64,000 nucleotides of DNA from Thermoproteota archaeon (GTDB lineage Archaea; Korarchaeota; Korarchaeia; B14-G2): positions 1-64,000 of the forward strand of contig JAVCBW010000005.1 of assembly GCA_037917675.1 (NCBI GenBank), written 5' to 3'. Under the pieces are notes generated by a model. It made no database searches and was not told the DNA's origin. It saw nothing but the letters and a program-made list of their open reading frames with translations. The first letter of the stretch is position 1. Each line of letters begins with the position of its first letter. Shown one piece after another: positions 46,863-56,417 of this stretch. A program made the translations under genes and the position numbers.

Positions 46863-47146
46863 GCTCTCACGCTATAAGAAGCCGTATCGCCTGGCCCACT
46901 TAATGTACATCATTTTAGCCAGCTTAACCATGCTCTTATTGAGCTTATAGCTCACTCTAGCAGCTCCGTTCTGGCCAGCTGTAACGGAATGTGGCAGGTA
47001 ACCAAAGGCTACTGATAACACTACTTCAACCACAATTAGGGCAATAACCTAAAAAATATAAAGGTTTAGTCTTGACTCTTGTTATAATTCGTTATTCTGC
47101 TATCGTTTTTCAAAGCGGTTCCCGAACCCATCTTGGAGGTGTTCCA

Positions 47147-48427
47147 TTAGGCCCTGTATCGACGGGAAGAGCTTCCTGCAGAGCTCCTTCAACTCCAAAG
47201 GCTACACCTCCCCCCTATGTGCTCACTAGAGTTGAATCCCCCGCTGAAGTCGTATTCTATGTGCGTGGAGAAGACGTTGAGAAGGTGGAGCTTAAGCCGC
47301 TGCACTACAGGGGTGTAGAGCGAGCGCTTATAGGCCTCTCAGCTGAAGACGTCCCAGCCTACGTCTCGAGGATCTGTGGGATCTGCCCCATAGCCCACCA
47401 GATAGCATCGTCTCAAGCGATAGAAGCCTCACTTGGCATCGATAGCCCACCTGAGACAGCTTCAATCGTGAGAAAGCTTGCATTGATAGCTGAACATGTC
47501 AAGAGCCATACACTACACCTGTTCCTGCATACGCTACCTGATCTCTTCTCATATGCTTACAACTCGCCTCAGGATGTGTTCACGATATCGAGAGCTGAGA
47601 GAGAGTATCCGAGGAAGATAGGTGCTCTGATAGCATTCAGCAACAGAGCTCTAGCAGAGCTAGGTGGAAGAGGCGTCATCTCCATGGTCTCGACAGTCGG
47701 TGGGGTATATAGTAGGCTTACATCATCCTCAAGAGAGAGGATCGAGAAGGAGCTAAAGCAGGCTAAGGCAGCGATAAGCTGGGCTAAAGACCTGCTGTAC
47801 AGCAGAAGGCTCTTGGATGAGGCCATGGTAGACAGGGAACTCTATGATCTACCTGAGGGAACCATGTTCATCACGACAGCTAGTGGAGGAGAGCTGTGGG
47901 GGGAGGCTAAGATGTATGCTGGGCGGAAACCGAAGCCTATCCTGATAGCAGACCTGCTTGGAGGTAGCTATTACGAGAAAGCTGTTTTAACTGGGCCTGC
48001 TGCCAGACATGTTGCTAGAGGAGGAGAAGTCCATGAAGCCATGAACTTGCTAACTCACATCAGGATAAGGATGGATGAGATCGAGTCATACTTGGATGCT
48101 GCTGAGAGGCTCCTGAATGAGCCTAGGCTATACCATGGCATGCTAAGGGAGAGAGTTAAGGCAGCAGACTCACAGGGAACTTCTGCAGTTGAGGCGCCTA
48201 GAGGAACACTAGTCCACTACTATAGGGTTGAGAGGGGAGCTATAGCTGAAAGCAAGATAGTGACCCCAACCATGTTGAATAGAGGCATCATGATTACGGT
48301 AGCTAACAGGCTGGTGAGGCTGGCAAGTGACCTAGCGTTCCCTAGAGACTACATCATAAGCAAGGCTATGGCTGCTATCAGGCTATTCGACCCCTGTATC
48401 TCATGCCTCTATCATACAATCAAGTAG
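47147..48427 (+). CDS. [NiFe]-hydrogenase large subunit (group 3-like), stand-alone
   Basis: TRVE, RICGICPIAH (L1), EAPRGTLVH, DPCISCLYH (L2). The start is uncertain: TTG 47072, SD-linked TTA 47147, or a later GTG. Confidence 0.85.
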   Translation, partial: LGPVSTGRASCRAPSTPKATPPPYVLTRVESPAEVVFYVRGEDVEKVELKPLHYRGVERALIGLSAEDVPAYVSRICGICPIAHQIASSQAIEASLGIDSPPETASIVRKLALIAEHVKSHTLHLFLHTLPDLFSYAYNSPQDVFTISRAEREYPRKIGALIAFSNRALAELGGRGVISMVSTVGGVYSRLTSSSRERIEKELKQAKAAISWAKDLLYSRRLLDEAMVDRELYDLPEGTMFITTASGGELWGEAKMYAGRKPKPILIADLLGGSYYEKAVLTGPAARHVARGGEVHEAMNLLTHIRIRMDEIESYLDAAERLLNEPRLYHGMLRERVKAADSQGTSAVEAPRGTLVHYYRVERGAIAESKIVTPTMLNRGIMITVANRLVRLASDLAFPRDYIISKAMAAIRLFDPCISCLYHTIK

Positions 48428-50036
48428 AGCTGTGGTAGCTATGAGCCTCTGGACGAGCTCTCATTGCAGCTTTCCTCAATATGACTGACAGCGAGATGAG
48501 CACAGCTACTGCAGCAGCCATCACTGCAAGTAGGGGGAGGTTTAGCTCTGGCTGCCTCAGCTTAGGACTAGGCTTTGCTGGTGTAGCTGTGAACCCTGCT
48601 GCTGAAGGCTCTGGCTGAGGAGATGGTTCTGTGTGAGCTGTTGGAGGAGGAGCTTGTGGCTGAGTAGGCTGAGTGATCTCTGGTGTAGCTGATGGAGCTG
48701 TAGCTGGAGGGGTAGGTGCGACAGCCTTCACCTCAATCACTCTCGTGTCTAGGACATAGTCACCATGTGCTAGGGTTATGCTCACGTTTAGTGTGCCTTC
48801 CGACTCAGCTATCAGCTTGAACACAGCCTCACCTGTAGCTCCTGGTTCTAACCTGACTAGAATGTAGCTTGGATCTATGCTGACATCAGTGGCATTACAT
48901 ACCACTCTGACTACGATATATACCTCACCTGTATTCGCCACATAAGCCTTTAGGTAGCTTTCCTCTCCTACAACTACTTGATCTGGTGCCTCTATCCCCG
49001 CTATGCTTGCCTGCACAGCCTTTAGCTCGATCTGAGGAAGCTGACTCTCTTCCTCTTCCCGTGGGATCTCAGCCTGTAGATGGCTGACTCTGAAGAGAGC
49101 TTTCCTTGTGAAGGTGTCCTCCCACTTCTCTCCAGTCGATGGATCTCTTATGAAGTCTATTTCGACAGCATATGAGCCTGGTGTGGCATCAGCTGGAATC
49201 TCCCACTTGACATTAGAGAACACAGCTCTGCTGCCAGGATAAAGGACTTTCGGCGGGAGCAGGTCTAGCTCATATCTTAAGCCAGCTGGATCTATTACTG
49301 TGACACTGAGGTAAAATGTCCCTTCTATGTTCCCTATATTCTCCACTATCATGTATAGGCTGACAGTCTCTCCTAGGTAATAGGATTCCTTAGAGGGCTC
49401 TACAGTGATGACATGGAATATGGGAGCAAGCTCTCTCACAACAGTGAAAATCACATGCTCCGTAAAGTCGTCTCTGTACTTAATCATGTTGTGTGGGTCT
49501 TGGATACAGTCTACTGCTATCTTATACTCACCTAGCTCAGCGTCCTCAGGGATGACCCAGCTTACCTTCCTAGCTACTACACCATAACCAGGAGAAAGGT
49601 ATGCAGGAGGCTCTACTACTATCGGGTAATGCTTTCCTGATGGCGAGATGAATGTCACAAGTATGTAGAAGTAAGCTGGCTCTACTCCTATATTCCTGAC
49701 TTTCACGTAGACTATGGCATGCTCTCCCCTCACGTATACCTTGGACTCAGCTGATACCGTTATGCTGAAGAAAGGACCAGGTGGAGGTGTCGGTTCTACA
49801 CGTGCCTTGAGCACCATGCTCTCACTGGAGCCATCACCATGCTTCTCAGATCCGTCAGCATACATCTCACCACTTGTGTTATGGGCAGCTCCCATGTTGG
49901 TGGCAGTCTCAGCCTGGATGTAGCTTTCTCCATTAGAGGTAGGTGATAGACTGAGAGATAGCTCTATGTGTGTAGTGGAGAGCTGTAGGAGGAGTGTTAG
50001 AGTGATGGCTGCTATGAGAAGATGAGCTATACGCAT
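48420..50036 (-). CDS. Cell-surface protein with tandem Ig-like (CARDB-like) domains, a P/T-rich linker and a C-terminal TM
   Basis: Signal peptide; repeated V.NIG...FY..V....P.G and W.IP.DA..G.Y units; PTPPATAPSATP linker; TM followed by a basic tail. Confidence 0.8.
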   Translation of the reverse strand: MRIAHLLIAAITLTLLLQLSTTHIELSLSLSPTSNGESYIQAETATNMGAAHNTSGEMYADGSEKHGDGSSESMVLKARVEPTPPPGPFFSITVSAESKVYVRGEHAIVYVKVRNIGVEPAYFYILVTFISPSGKHYPIVVEPPAYLSPGYGVVARKVSWVIPEDAELGEYKIAVDCIQDPHNMIKYRDDFTEHVIFTVVRELAPIFHVITVEPSKESYYLGETVSLYMIVENIGNIEGTFYLSVTVIDPAGLRYELDLLPPKVLYPGSRAVFSNVKWEIPADATPGSYAVEIDFIRDPSTGEKWEDTFTRKALFRVSHLQAEIPREEEESQLPQIELKAVQASIAGIEAPDQVVVGEESYLKAYVANTGEVYIVVRVVCNATDVSIDPSYILVRLEPGATGEAVFKLIAESEGTLNVSITLAHGDYVLDTRVIEVKAVAPTPPATAPSATPEITQPTQPQAPPPTAHTEPSPQPEPSAAGFTATPAKPSPKLRQPELNLPLLAVMAAAVAVLISLSVILRKAAMRARPEAHSYHSST

Positions 50037-50219
50037 GAACCCACCTAGGTCTTCTCTGCTGACAGCTGTAATTAACTTTATGCTAGTGGCATAGAACCGC
50101 GCTTAGAGTTAGGAGTGAGCTTAAGCGATGTTGTTATCAGCTGAGCTCTAATGCGGCATGGAGCCACCGGTAAAAGTTTTAAACTATGCATGTGGCAGCT
50201 GAGGCAAAGAGGTGTGCAT

Positions 50220-51824
50220 TTGCCAGATTTAAGGATCAGAGAGCATCCTATACTCGAATTTGAGCGTGGAAGGGAGGTTACTATCTACTTTGAGGGGAAG
50301 CCGATTAGAGCCTACGAAAGTGAGACGGTGGCTGCAGCCCTCTATGCAAGCGGCATCAAAGTCTTCAGCAGAAGCTTCAAGTATAGGAGGGCAAGAGGCT
50401 TTTTTTGCGCAATAGGAAGATGCTCAGCATGCATGATGGAAGTAGATGGAGTACCTAACGTGAGGACATGTATGGTGCAGGTCAGAGATGGCATGAAGGT
50501 GAGAAGGCAGAAGGGGTGGCCTACTGCAGAGACAGACCTGCTTGCACCAGTCCTAGAGAGAATGGACCTCTCCCCAGCAGCTTACCTCAAGAGGATGGCT
50601 AAGCCAGCAGCTTTCAGGAGAATTTATCTGAGGCTGATGAGGAAGTTCACAGGCATAGGAGAAGCTAGAGCTATAGGAGATGGGAGGAAGGCAAGCAGGC
50701 CTGAGGTCTATGACGTCGAGGTAGCAGTGATTGGGGGAGGGCCTGCAGGGCTGATGGCAGCTATTGAAGCAGGGCAGCTATGTAAGAGTGTGCTGCTCAT
50801 CGATGACAAGCATAAGCTAGGGGGGCAGCTGATAAAGCAGACCCACAAGTTCTTCGGGAACGTCAGCTACTGTGCTGGGCGAAGAGGCTTTAAGCTAGCA
50901 GATGAGATGGCTGAGAAAATCTCAAAGATGAGCAGTGTTAAGGTGCTGACTTCCACCTCAGCGTTTGCATACTATCCTAGAGAAGGGTTCCTTGCTGCTG
51001 TGAGAGATGGAAGCAGGATAGTCAAGGTTAGAGCTAGGAAGTACATAATCTCAACTGGAGCATATGAGAGGACTCTGGTCTTCGAGAACAATGACCTGCC
51101 AGGAGTCTATGGTGCAGGAGGAGTACAGACTCTCATGAACGTCTATGGGATCAAGCCTGGTGAAGCAGGGCTAATGGTAGGCTCAGGGAACGTTGGGCTG
51201 ATAGTGTCATACCAGCTGCTTCAGGCTGGAGTCGATGTAAAGGCCATAGTAGAGGTTCTTCCCAGGATAGGAGGCTACCTAGTGCATGCAGCCAAGGTGA
51301 GGAGGCTAGGTGTCCCGATACTAACTAGGCACACCATAGTTAAGGCACTCGGTAAGACACACGTGGAGGGAGCTGTGATAGCCAGGGTAGATGAGAGCTT
51401 TAATCCGATACCAGGGTCAGAGAGAAAGATAGACTGCGACTTCATCTGCATCTCAGTAGGGCTGACGCCAACCTATGACCTCATCCAACACTTCAAGCCG
51501 AAGATGCTCATGGTCCCAGAGCTAGGAGGCTTTGTCCCTGTTAGGGACGTCTATGGGAGAGTCAGGAGAGACGTCTACATAGCTGGCGACTGCTCTGGGG
51601 TAGAGGAGGCTGCTACAGCCATGCTAGAGGGAGCTATAGCAGGGATACATGCAAGCCTCATGCTCGGGTATGGGGGAGAGGAGGAGAAGAGGAGGATAGA
51701 GGAGTACATGAGGGAGCTTGAGGAGGAGAGGGGGTCACCTTTCAGTGAGAGGATAAAGGCTGGGCTGAGGGAGGTTCTTGTTGAGAGTATCGAGAGGCTT
51801 GAGGAGGGGGGTGAGCTTGGCTGA
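50220..51824 (+). CDS. 2Fe-2S + FAD/NAD oxidoreductase (sarcosine oxidase alpha / HcnAB / proline dehydrogenase alpha-like)
   Basis: FCAIGRCSACMMEVDGVPNVRTC, GGGPAG, LGGQLIKQTHKFFG, NNDLPG; TTG at 50220 after GAGGTG. Confidence 0.88.
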   Translation: MPDLRIREHPILEFERGREVTIYFEGKPIRAYESETVAAALYASGIKVFSRSFKYRRARGFFCAIGRCSACMMEVDGVPNVRTCMVQVRDGMKVRRQKGWPTAETDLLAPVLERMDLSPAAYLKRMAKPAAFRRIYLRLMRKFTGIGEARAIGDGRKASRPEVYDVEVAVIGGGPAGLMAAIEAGQLCKSVLLIDDKHKLGGQLIKQTHKFFGNVSYCAGRRGFKLADEMAEKISKMSSVKVLTSTSAFAYYPREGFLAAVRDGSRIVKVRARKYIISTGAYERTLVFENNDLPGVYGAGGVQTLMNVYGIKPGEAGLMVGSGNVGLIVSYQLLQAGVDVKAIVEVLPRIGGYLVHAAKVRRLGVPILTRHTIVKALGKTHVEGAVIARVDESFNPIPGSERKIDCDFICISVGLTPTYDLIQHFKPKMLMVPELGGFVPVRDVYGRVRRDVYIAGDCSGVEEAATAMLEGAIAGIHASLMLGYGGEEEKRRIEEYMRELEEERGSPFSERIKAGLREVLVESIERLEEGGELG

Positions 51825-52317
51825 GTACTTGAGTAGGGGATACCTCACTACAGGAGAGCTCAGGGGAATGGGGCTGATACCACCAGATGAGGTTGTTAGG
51901 GAGAAGAGAGTCGCTGTCATAGAGTGTGTCCAGGAGATCCCATGTAACCCTTGCTCAGCTATCTGCAAGGTTGGAGCCATACTGAAGGAGGGGCTGTGTA
52001 AGCCTCCTAGAGTAGACTGGGAGAAGTGTGTTGGCTGTAGGATGTGTGTCGCAATATGCCCAGGGCTAGCAATATTCTGCATCCAGATAAAGGATGGAAA
52101 GGGCTATGTGACCATGCCATATGAGATGCTTCCAAAGCCCAATAAGGGAGACAAGGCTGTTCTACTGAGCAGAGCTGGGGAAGAGCTGGGTGAGGGAGAG
52201 GTTGTGGAGGTCTTCAAGATGATCAAGGGAGACCCTGCTTACGTCATCACAGTAGAGGCTCCGAGGCCTGAGCTCGTCTATGAGGTTAGGGCAGTTAGGA
52301 TAGCTAAAGGTGGTTGA
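51817..52317 (+). CDS. 4Fe-4S ferredoxin-like subunit
   Basis: ECVQEIPCNPCSAIC, CVGCRMCVAICPGLAI. Confidence 0.88.
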   Translation: MAEYLSRGYLTTGELRGMGLIPPDEVVREKRVAVIECVQEIPCNPCSAICKVGAILKEGLCKPPRVDWEKCVGCRMCVAICPGLAIFCIQIKDGKGYVTMPYEMLPKPNKGDKAVLLSRAGEELGEGEVVEVFKMIKGDPAYVITVEAPRPELVYEVRAVRIAKGG

Positions 52318-52597
52318 ATTGGGTAGGGGAAAGAAAATAGTGTGCTTCTGCCATGATGTGACCGAAGAGGACATAATAGAAGCCATAGAAATGGGTTACG
52401 ATGACATAGAGAGTATAAAGAGGTTCACTGGAGTGACAACTGGTCCATGTCAGGGAAAGTCCTGCATGATGCATGTCCTGAGGATCCTGAGGAGGATGGG
52501 CAAGCTGAAGGAGGCTAAGACTACAGTCATCAGGCCTCCAATAGACCCAATTCCAATAGAAGCCCTCTTAGGTGATGATGATGAAGAAGAAGGCTGA
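52310..52597 (+). CDS. BFD-like 2Fe-2S subunit
   Basis: VCFCHDVT, KRFTGVTTGPCQGKSC, RPP. Confidence 0.88.
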   Translation: MVELGRGKKIVCFCHDVTEEDIIEAIEMGYDDIESIKRFTGVTTGPCQGKSCMMHVLRILRRMGKLKEAKTTVIRPPIDPIPIEALLGDDDEEEG

Positions 52598-53672
52598 CAT
52601 AGCAGTCATAGGGTGTGGAGCTCTTGGAGCAGGCATCGCATATAACATAGCTAGACTAGGCTGGAAGCCGCTGGTCTTTGAGGCCAGGTACTTCGGGTAT
52701 GGGTCAACAGGGAGAGACGTAGGTGTCATCAGGGGGAGGCATAAGGACCCTGATGTAGCTAAGCTGGCCTCAGAAGGCCTTAAGCTTCACGAAAAGCTGC
52801 CAGAGGAGCTTGAGTCTAATACCTTGTTTAGGCAGGACGGCGTGCTTACAGTGGCGCTTACAGATGAGGAAGCTGAGGCATTGAGGCGAGAGTTCAGCTC
52901 CTATGTGACAGGGGGGTTCAGGGAGCTCAGCAGAGAGGAGGCTGCGAGCAGATATCCATATATCAGGCTAGATGACGTGAAGCTCTGCTATCTTAGCCCG
53001 AGAGAAGGGTTGGTTCACCCGCTAGCCGTCCTCTGGGGGTACCTGGATGCACTCAGAAAGCTAGGTGGTGAGGTTGTTAAGCCAGCTGAGGTGACTAGCA
53101 TAGAAGTTGAGGGGAGACAGCTAGCTGTAAAGACTACAGCAGGCGAGTATAAGGCAGGCAAGGTCGTGGTGGCAGCAGGCTTCGAGAGCAGAGAGCTTCT
53201 TAGCAGGCTTAGAGTCGAAATCCCATTGGATCCTCTTGCTAAGGAAGCTCTGGTAACAGAGCCTATGAGGCCCTTCCTGGATCCTGTCGTTGAGAGGCCA
53301 AGTACAGGGCTTATGGTAGCTCAGACGATGAGAGGAGAGGTCATCGGGACAGTAGGATCCCTAGGGAAGACAAGCGACCTCAGCTTGTCGAGCTATAGGT
53401 TCCTCAGAGACTTCGCTAAGCAGGCTACCCAGCTTATCCCAGCTCTCAGAAGCCTAAAGGTGCTTAGGCAGTGGACTTGCATCTTAGACATGACACCAGA
53501 TGGGAAGCCGGTTATTGGTGAGACTAGCGTCAGTGGAGTATATGTTGCATGTGGTATGCATGACTATGGCCTCAGCTTGGTGCCTATAGTCAGTAAGCTA
53601 CTAGCTAAGCTTGTGGTGGAGGGAGTTGAAGACCCCCTGCTGAAGCCATTTTCACCAGAGAGGTTTAGGTGA
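52572..53672 (+). CDS. FAD-dependent amino-acid oxidoreductase (DAO / sarcosine oxidase beta / HcnC-like)
   Basis: IGCGALG, GSTGR, LRQW..ILDMTPDGKPVIG, PFSPERF. Confidence 0.88.
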   Translation: MMMMKKKADIAVIGCGALGAGIAYNIARLGWKPLVFEARYFGYGSTGRDVGVIRGRHKDPDVAKLASEGLKLHEKLPEELESNTLFRQDGVLTVALTDEEAEALRREFSSYVTGGFRELSREEAASRYPYIRLDDVKLCYLSPREGLVHPLAVLWGYLDALRKLGGEVVKPAEVTSIEVEGRQLAVKTTAGEYKAGKVVVAAGFESRELLSRLRVEIPLDPLAKEALVTEPMRPFLDPVVERPSTGLMVAQTMRGEVIGTVGSLGKTSDLSLSSYRFLRDFAKQATQLIPALRSLKVLRQWTCILDMTPDGKPVIGETSVSGVYVACGMHDYGLSLVPIVSKLLAKLVVEGVEDPLLKPFSPERFR

Positions 53673-53676
53673 GAGC

Positions 53677-55008
53677 ATGGAGGTTGTTGTCGTTGGAGGA
53701 GGTGTAGCTGGCGCTTCAGCTGCTGAGGCAGCTAGAGTAGCTGGAGCAGAGGTCACGCTGGTCAGCGTAGAGGAGCATGTAGGATACTCTAGGTGTGGGC
53801 TACCATACCTCATTGGAGGAAAGGTGAGGAGCCCGAGTGACCTGAGAGTATACCCTGAAAGCGACTTAGGGAGGATAGGAGTAAGGGTTGTTAAGGGGAG
53901 AGCTATCGACATCAGTAGAGATGGAAAGCTTAGGGTAGAGCTGAATTCAGGCGGCTCTACTGAATTCAGCTACGACTCTCTTGTCCTAGCTACTGGGGCA
54001 CGTGCTACTATTCCACCCATCAAGGGAGCTGATCTACCTGGAGTCTATACGCTTAGAACGATAGATGATGCTCTGGAGATAATGAGAGCTGTGAAGCAGA
54101 GCAAGAATGCAGTCATAGTGGGGGCAGGGTTCATAGGCTTAGAGCTAGCTGAAAACTTCACTGAACTAGGGTTGAAGACCACTGTAGTTGAGATGCTGCC
54201 TCACGTGCTTCCAGCTGTCCTAGACCATGATATGGCTAAGATGCTTCAGAGGCACCTCAGGGACCATGGAGTAGAGCTGTATGTCAGCAAGAGAGTAGAG
54301 GAGATAGCTGGAGAGAGCAGGGCTAGAGAGGTTGCGATACAGGAGGTTGGAGTTGTGGAAGCAGACTTGGTCATATTAGCTACTGGAGTAAGAGCTGAGA
54401 CAGAGCTCGCTAAGGCTGCTGGAGCTGAAATAGGGCCTACTGGAGGCATCAAGACAGACTGGAGGCTTCAGACAACTCAGCCAGAGGTATATGCGTGTGG
54501 TGACTGCGCTGAGGTCAGGAACCTGATCACTGGGCAGCCTACTCTCATCCAGCTAGGGACTGCAGCAGTGAAGCAGGGGAGGATTGCTGGAGAGAACGCT
54601 GCAGGCGGCAAGAGAGCCTACTTCGGTGGGCTTGCCTCAGCAGTCACCAAGCTCTTTGAGATGCAGATTGGTTCAACAGGCCTCACAGTCTGGCAGGCTG
54701 AGAGGGCTGGGCTCCCAGTTGAGAGCGTTAGGGTCGTAGGAAGGAGTAGGCCACACTACTATCCTGGTGCAGAGAGGATCTACGTGAAGCTTATAGCTGA
54801 AACAGAGCAAGATAGGATTGTTGGAGCTCAGATCATGGCTCCGCTAGAGGTGGCACCTAGGATAAACCTTGTCGCTACAGCCATCCAGGCTAGGCTCACA
54901 GTCAGTGAGCTAGCTGCAATGGACTCATGTTATGCGCCACCAGTCTCAGAGTATGTTGAGCCTATTGCTAGAGCAGCCCAGGAGCTACAGAAGAGGCTAA
55001 AGAAATAA
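53677..55008 (+). CDS. Single-Cys pyridine nucleotide-disulfide oxidoreductase (CoA-disulfide reductase / NADH oxidase family)
   Basis: GGGVAG, YSRCGLPY, GAGFIGLE, YACGDC, CYAPPVS. Confidence 0.9.
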   Translation: MEVVVVGGGVAGASAAEAARVAGAEVTLVSVEEHVGYSRCGLPYLIGGKVRSPSDLRVYPESDLGRIGVRVVKGRAIDISRDGKLRVELNSGGSTEFSYDSLVLATGARATIPPIKGADLPGVYTLRTIDDALEIMRAVKQSKNAVIVGAGFIGLELAENFTELGLKTTVVEMLPHVLPAVLDHDMAKMLQRHLRDHGVELYVSKRVEEIAGESRAREVAIQEVGVVEADLVILATGVRAETELAKAAGAEIGPTGGIKTDWRLQTTQPEVYACGDCAEVRNLITGQPTLIQLGTAAVKQGRIAGENAAGGKRAYFGGLASAVTKLFEMQIGSTGLTVWQAERAGLPVESVRVVGRSRPHYYPGAERIYVKLIAETEQDRIVGAQIMAPLEVAPRINLVATAIQARLTVSELAAMDSCYAPPVSEYVEPIARAAQELQKRLKK

Positions 55009-55033
55009 GAGCTGGTATCAGGTGGGGTAAGCC

Positions 55034-55444
55034 TTGGCTGAGAAGATTAAGGTAAAGGAGTATGAGATCGTAGTAGGGCTACTGTACTCAAAGGATCATG
55101 TGTGGGCTAAGAGAGAAGACAGCACAGTGAGGATAGGGGTCACAGACTATGCTCAGAAGGAGCTGAAGGAGGTCACTGGAGTAGAGCTACTAGTAGAGAA
55201 GGGAGAGGAGGTTGAGAAGGGAGACTCCATCGCCACACTAGAGTCTGTTAAGGCTGTAGCAGACGTCTTCACTCCAGTGACAGGGAGGGTAGTTGAGGTG
55301 AACACAAAGCTAGAGGAAGAACCTACCCTCATAAACGATGATCCATATGGTGAAGGCTGGATAGCAGTCATCGAGATCTCAGATCCATCTGAGCTAGATG
55401 AGCTGATGAAGGCAGAAGAGTACGCTAAGGAGGTCAGCAAGTAG
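55034..55444 (+). CDS. gcvH: Glycine cleavage H-protein (lipoyl carrier)
   Basis: YSKDHVW, IGVTDYAQKEL, ESVKAV with the lipoyl-Lys, INDDPYGEGW. Confidence 0.95.
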   Translation: MAEKIKVKEYEIVVGLLYSKDHVWAKREDSTVRIGVTDYAQKELKEVTGVELLVEKGEEVEKGDSIATLESVKAVADVFTPVTGRVVEVNTKLEEEPTLINDDPYGEGWIAVIEISDPSELDELMKAEEYAKEVSK

Positions 55445-56417
55445 CTAGTAGCCACTCCACCTGCCGATATATCTCACATTCATCTCTTTTTGCAAGCTTC
55501 AAGCTCGGGTAGTTGTATATTGGGCCAAGAGGGCTCTCGTTATAGAACGGCCTATTACAGCCTAAGCATCCTGATGTGAGGAAGGGCTTTAGAGTACGGG
55601 CCTCGGCTTCAGCTATATGAGACCACTCTCCTAGCCCGATGAGAGAGCCTGTACTACTGAACTTGAAGTCTGATGGCCTTGCACCATACTCCTGGATGAG
55701 ATATAGCGCCAGCTGAAGCCCTCTATACCTCCTTACACTAGGGCTTCTTGCAGCATGCATTCTGGTACCTGGGAGGGGAGTTAGAGCAAAGAGGGCTATC
55801 TGAGCTCCGACTGACTTGAGATCTGTAGCAGTCTTGAGGAGCTCCAGGTCGCTTTCACCTAGCCCAGCTATCAGGTGGCATGAGACACGTCCTCTACCAA
55901 GCACACTGAGAGCCTTGTAGATGGTCCTCCAGATTCCACTCCATGTCAAGCCTCTCTTCACCTCTGCGAAGACACGAGGAGAAGCTGCATCGAGCCCTAT
56001 GCCTACTCTCTCAGCTCCAGCTTCCTTGAGCTGCTGGAGTGTCCTCCCTGATGTCGCTGTGACTGCTACTGAGATAGGCTTGCCAGCATCCCTTAAGGCT
56101 AGCAGCAGACTCGCTAGCCTCCTCGTATATCCTGGGTGAGGGACTGTCTGGACACAGACCCTGAGCAAGCTGCTCTCTCGAATCGAGCGTATGACATCAG
56201 TTAGAGGATAGCTTGGCCAGACTACCCTAGATAACATGTCTGGTCTAGATGAGCTGCTTCTAGCCTGAGCACAGAACACACAGTCATAGATGCATCTTCC
56301 CTTAGAGAACATGAGGTAAGCTGTAGTGGGAGAGGCAAGCGAATGTACTCTAGCTAGCCTGATAGCTCCAGCTGTCCCTACTGAGACCCTAACTTCAGCA
56401 AGCTCCTCACGTGAAAT
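55434..56417 (-). CDS. lipS2: Radical SAM lipoyl synthase component LipS2-like
   Basis: CIYDCVFC cluster motif and TSGCLGCNRP, close to the LipS2 TxGCPxC(N/D)RP motif. The frame stays open upstream of ATG 56312 (RVSVGTA...PTTAYLM) to an SD-linked ATT at 56417. Confidence 0.75.
   Translation of the reverse strand: MSREELAEVRVSVGTAGAIRLARVHSLASPTTAYLMFSKGRCIYDCVFCAQARSSSSRPDMLSRVVWPSYPLTDVIRSIRESSLLRVCVQTVPHPGYTRRLASLLLALRDAGKPISVAVTATSGRTLQQLKEAGAERVGIGLDAASPRVFAEVKRGLTWSGIWRTIYKALSVLGRGRVSCHLIAGLGESDLELLKTATDLKSVGAQIALFALTPLPGTRMHAARSPSVRRYRGLQLALYLIQEYGARPSDFKFSSTGSLIGLGEWSHIAEAEARTLKPFLTSGCLGCNRPFYNESPLGPIYNYPSLKLAKRDECEIYRQVEWLLATC

Noticed and set aside
48560-48730. P/T/Q-rich repeats
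   Set aside because: Ordinary linker of a surface protein.
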